64,000 nt of DNA. Source: Eledone cirrhosa. Lineage: Eukaryota. Of the stretch, positions 59,213 to 64,000 are shown in pieces; position 1 is the first letter of the stretch, and every line of letters starts with the position of its first letter. Both the position numbers and the translations under genes were made by a program. The notes beneath the pieces are model-generated. The model saw nothing but the letters and a program-made list of their open reading frames with translations, was not told the DNA's origin and searched no databases. The stretch is taken from the NCBI GenBank assembly GCA_964016885.1, contig OZ024745.1, positions 107,446,001 through 107,510,000 on the forward strand, written 5' to 3'.

Positions 59213-60044
59213 TACCTCATTTTACTAGTCTCAAGAACGCGTCTACACGACGTGAGAAAGAATCCCAAAAGGCGGAGGGGGAGATAGTCACGCGATATAA
59301 CGGTCGAGAAACAGAGCTAAGCCTCTTATAACCCCGAAGAAAATACCACGGAGGCGGAGGGGGTATTTATATCGAGGCCGTAGAAGAGGTGGTGAAGAAG
59401 GCGAGAAGTATGAGTAATGGAAGCTTTCCAGCTGTCCCCACACTTCAAAGATTGCTCGACCAGAGGGAGTTATTAACAATATATTTAGAAACACACAGAT
59501 ACATGCGGACACACACATATATACATGAATGCATCCGCACCCAACTGTGAGTTAAGGTATGATACATTTTATTACTAATTATATCTAAATGTTTCTTCTC
59601 TCTTCATAATGTATTTTTAACTCTGATACTGGTTCAGTCTAGTTCAACTGAATTGGTCTGTCCCAGTCATTCATTGAGCAACATCGGTGAAGTTGGCACC
59701 CTTAACTCACAGTTGGGTGCGGATGCATTCATGTATATATGTGTGTGTCCGCATGTATCTGTGTGTTTCTAAATATATTGTTAATAACTCCCTCTGGTCG
59801 AGCAATCTTTGAAGTGTGGGGACAGCTGGAAAGCTTCCATTACTCATACTTCTCGCCTTCTTCACCACCTCTTCTACGGCCTCGATATAAATACCCCCTC
59901 CGCCTCCGTGGTATTTTCTTCGGGGTTATAAGAGGCTTAGCTCTGTTTCTCGACCGTTATATCGCGTGACTATCTCCCCCTCCGCCTTTTGGGATTCTTT
60001 CTCACGTCGTGTAGACGCGTTCTTGAGACTAGTAAAATGAGGTA

Positions 60045-60134
60045 TCCTCTTGATAAGTCGGCAGACCTCGCAAGGACTCTATATCTTTATGATATATTGT
60101 TTTTGTTTATGCCACGAAACTACGTAGTCGAGGA
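60045..60134 (+). ncRNA. Hammerhead ribozyme with U3-A8 core and extended stem II loop
   Basis: TCCTC TTGATAA GT-c-GGCA..TGCC-AC GAAAC TACGTA GTC GAGGA. Confidence 0.8.
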
Positions 60135-60367
60135 ATTTAGGAGCAGTTTAGGTATGATACATTTTATTACTAATTATAACTAAATGTTTCTTCTCTCTTC
60201 ATAATGTATTTTTAACTCTGATACTGGTTCAGTCTAGTTCAACTGAATTGGTCTGTCCCAGTCATTCATTGAGCAACATCGGTGAAGTTGGCACCCTTAA
60301 CTCACAGTTGGGTGCGGATGCATTCATGTATATATGTGTGTGTCCGCATGTATCTGTGTGTTTCTAA

Positions 60368-60448
<81 letters not shown>

Positions 60449-60502
60449 GCATATATATATATATGTATGTATATATATATACATATATATATATATATAC
60501 AT

Positions 60503-60565
<63 letters not shown>

Positions 60566-60596
60566 CTCACAAATATATACATATAAAAACCTACAT

Positions 60597-60676
<80 letters not shown>

Positions 60677-60742
60677 TATATACATACATACGCACATACA
60701 TACATGTAAACATATATACACATGTATACGCAAATATATATA

Positions 60743-60785
<43 letters not shown>

Positions 60786-61149
60786 ATATACATACACCCA
60801 CATACACATATACGTTAATACAAATATACGCACGTGCACACAAACGTACGCATACAATCGTCCGGCCACTCATACAAATACGTAACATATACACTCATAA
60901 ATATACACAAATACAGACACACATATATACAGTATTAAGATGAAATACGCTCTACATGCGGAAAGAGCAGATAGGTAAGAAGTAATTACATGACCATAGT
61001 GTCGTGTTTCGGGTTGAGACGGGGTAGGGGTAGGGTGAGAAGGAGGTGGAGTGGGTATTTTTTTCACGAGTGGGGTTTTAAAAAAAAAAGTGAATCTTTT
61101 TTAGCCATATGGCATTAACACTGGCTTAAGGTATTTGAAAGTTGCAAAG

Positions 61150-62420
61150 TTTGTGTGCATGCAATTCGGGCAGTGTTCAGAGAGTTTGTTCAGTAGCGGG
61201 CCCTTGGCAAATAATATTTCGTAGCTCTCTGAGATACTAAGGTCGCAGCACTTGCGGCCTCCATTGTATAAGCGCGCTTTCTAGAGTATTTTCCATCTAA
61301 GCGTGAAGGGGTTGTGTTCCTTTTGAGGTCCCAGATATAGGAGCCGAGTGTTGTCTGATTTGATGTGTCCGGTGCTCTGAAAGCGTGGGTATGGGCATAC
61401 CACCGGGTCTTAAAATTATTGGAGGTCATAACGATGTAAGTCTTTTTGTTGTTGCGATCATCGGTGCCTGAGATGATATCACATTTGTATACGATGTCAT
61501 TTGTCAGGCATTTGTTTTTAAGTGGGAAGGCTTCCTTATTTAGGCAATTGCACAATGCTTCAGTCCGGGGATTGGGTTCGGAGGTAATTGGTTTATTTAA
61601 TTTTTTAGAATTGAGGTTGGCTATATTCCTAGCTAGGTTAGGTGTAGTGGAGTAGGAGAGTCTTATTGTGTTCTTATTGAAGATGGTGTAGTATCCATGT
61701 TGTAAGGGGAAGTGTGTGTTCAGTAAAGTGAAGAAAATCCTAGGTATAGGTGAAGAGACCTATGTATTGAAGGAGGGTTGTACCAACTAATCTGCCTATG
61801 TCTATTCCTCCTAGATAGCCTTGCGGTGGTTTCTAGGTAAGTTATCTTTTCTCTAAATCCGCTGCGGGCGAGGGCGTCATTGTAGTAGGAGGCGGAGGCA
61901 TTAAATATATCTTCATTGGCCGAGAGAACAGAGATTCTAATTGAGACGCTTTTTACTAAGTTATTAATGATGTTTTTGGGGTGGTTAGAATTAACATTAA
62001 TATATCTAAGGGACTCGTTAGGTTTGTAGTACGGGTAGGAGAGGGAAGTATCTAGGTCGAGGGTGACATCTAAAAAGTTGGCCATAGTCGTATTAAATTC
62101 TATGGTTATACTAAATCCTAGATTACGGAAGAACGAGCTTAAGTTTCTCCGAAACCCATCAGTGGTTTTGGGGTTAACCTTGTGAAATGCGAAGAGGGCA
62201 TCGTCTGGGTATAAACCTCCGGTGAAGCCAGTAAAGAGGTTCTTCAGGTGATGTAAAATGTAAAGGCCCAAGAGGTCGCTTATTTCAGCCGAATCACTCG
62301 GCCCCATGCTGACGTCAAAGGGGGTTTGAGACTTCTTTTTGATCCAGTAAGATCCCTCGTGGTGTAGGAAGGTCTTACGGGCATGGAGGATTACTTCTTG
62401 CTGAGCGTCAGTTATGGTGG
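61150..62420 (-). pseudogene. PLE reverse transcriptase + GIY-YIG endonuclease, 5'-truncated and frameshifted
   Basis: FDVSMG..DSAEISDLLGLYIL, GGLYPDD (degenerate YRDD), NFLDVTLDL, SNHP, ISWYNPP; CNC..PL..C, IVYKC..YIVMTSNNFKTRW. Confidence 0.92.
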
Positions 62421-62965
62421 TAAAGTTCCTGTGTATATATTTGTATATGTGTATGTGTGTATGTACCATTGTTGTGTGTGTGTGCCTGCCTGTGTGCGGG
62501 TGCGTGTATTTGTGTGTACGTGTGTAAGTGGGCGAGTGCGTGAATGTGCCTGTCGACACCTGGAATATATATTAAGAGAAACTTCACAATAAGGGGATTC
62601 ACCCCAACACTTGAATCTGTTGATGGAAGACTTTATGCCTTTGTCACCCTTATTCCAGCCTTAAAGAATTAGCTTCTAAAGATTTTCTCTTTTCTTTAAA
62701 CCATTGAGCCCCACCCATCCTGTAGACACCTGTCTTACAGGCATTGTTAGTCTAAGTGATAAACTAGGATTGGTATTCCAAATTTGATTTTGTTTACAGT
62801 ATTCTTTTTGCCTTTATTAATACTATAGCTTTAAAGAATTAGCTTTTAATGAACTCCCCTTTCTTTAAATGCTTCAATCAATGACCTCCACCCATCCCAA
62901 TCCCCACCCTCTCCTACCACCAGAAAAGAAAATATATAAATAGTACTATTTACTTGGACAGCCAC

Positions 62966-63012
62966 CTCCCTGATGATTTCTCACAAATGAAACAGTTCTA
63001 GTCCTGTAGAAG
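62966..63012 (+). ncRNA. Probable degenerate hammerhead ribozyme; related copy at 19436-19482
   Basis: CTCC CTGATGA TTTCTCACAAAT GAAACAG ttctagtc CTG TA GAAG; the copy at 19436 shares CCTGATGATTTC..ATGAAACAGTTCTAGT. Confidence 0.55.
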
Positions 63013-63026
63013 CTCTTCTATATTAA

Positions 63027-63083
<57 letters not shown>

Positions 63084-63119
63084 TATATATATGTGTTTAT
63101 ATATATGTATATAAATATG

Positions 63120-63285
<166 letters not shown>

Positions 63286-63527
63286 TACATACGAGTGGAA
63301 GGGTAGTCAAATCGAAGTTGTGGCAGTCGGCCCAATATCCGCAAAAAGACAATTAGGAGCTTGCACGAAGCACTCAATAAGTATGTATCGATAAATCGAT
63401 AGGTTACAACTGAGAGTAATAAACATAAATTAGATAGCGTGACAAATTGAAAACTGTGGTAAAGAGGACAAAGCCACAGAAGCCGCCACAACAACGAAAA
63501 TACAATCATATATATATATTTATATAT

Positions 63528-64000
63528 AGGCCAGGTGTCATACAGACAGCCATTGCTGGCACCCTAAAAGTCACACCAGTGCTGCTGCTGAATGTCAGAG
63601 GTCTGGTGAAACTCACTAACATGAGTAAAATCTCCTACCTGGGAGACTTAGCCATAAGCAGTAAAGCATTATGCAGGGCACTAACCAAAACGCACCTGAC
63701 AAGCAGTATAGCAGATGCGGAAATACATATAGCAAAATATACTGTATTTCGTTCGGACAGGAAGGAGAGAACTCATGGTGGGGTTGCTCTGTATATCCGT
63801 GAAGATGCCACACCAATTGTACTGTTGACACATTCAAACTCAGCCTGTGACACACTGATAGTACATATGAAGCAACTAAAGACAGTAATATGTGTCACAT
63901 ATCGGCCACCCGATGCCCCCAGTCATGAGGGTAAATTTGAGCCTCAGTAAGATAGACGAGGCCCTTGACAAACTGGACCAGGGTCTCAACATTCTACTGC
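63528..64000 (+). pseudogene. APE endonuclease domain of a CR1/L2-group LINE, running off the window end
   Basis: LLNVRGL, ALTKTHL (degenerate TET), YTVFRSDR..GGVALYI, YRPP; in-frame stop at 63948-63950. Confidence 0.8.

Noticed and set aside
58479-60334. Repeated 64-aa and 76-aa ORFs in the 595-bp array
   Set aside because: No recognisable domains; they recur only because the DNA unit is repeated.

Overview
AT-rich, microsatellite-dense eukaryotic genomic DNA. The SINE and repeat style resembles Octopus/cephalopod genomes, but that is an inference. No host protein-coding gene can be supported, and nearly all listed ORFs are translations of (TA)n, (CA)n, (GA)n or (TACA)n tracts. The window is a nest of decayed transposable elements: a near full-length Tx1/L1-type LINE flanked by (GATA)n (26.8-32.6 kb, minus), a Rep/Pif1 Helitron (35.5-38.4 kb) plus non-autonomous Helitrons, three Penelope-like element (PLE) RT/GIY-YIG remnants, R4/Dong-like, RTE and CR1-group fragments, and tRNA-derived SINEs. 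The most notable hidden layer is non-coding. About 20 minimal type-I hammerhead ribozyme (HHR) motifs from roughly ten sequence families sit in short PLE-derived, retrozyme-like elements inserted in (TA)n, mostly as fold-back inverted or tandem repeats. They include U3-A8 core variants and palindromes centred on HHR stem II. Many families share a covarying bulged hairpin (RYTC-stem-loop-TH-GARY) downstream of the ribozyme, a candidate cis-acting RNA element. All structures were paired by eye, not computed.
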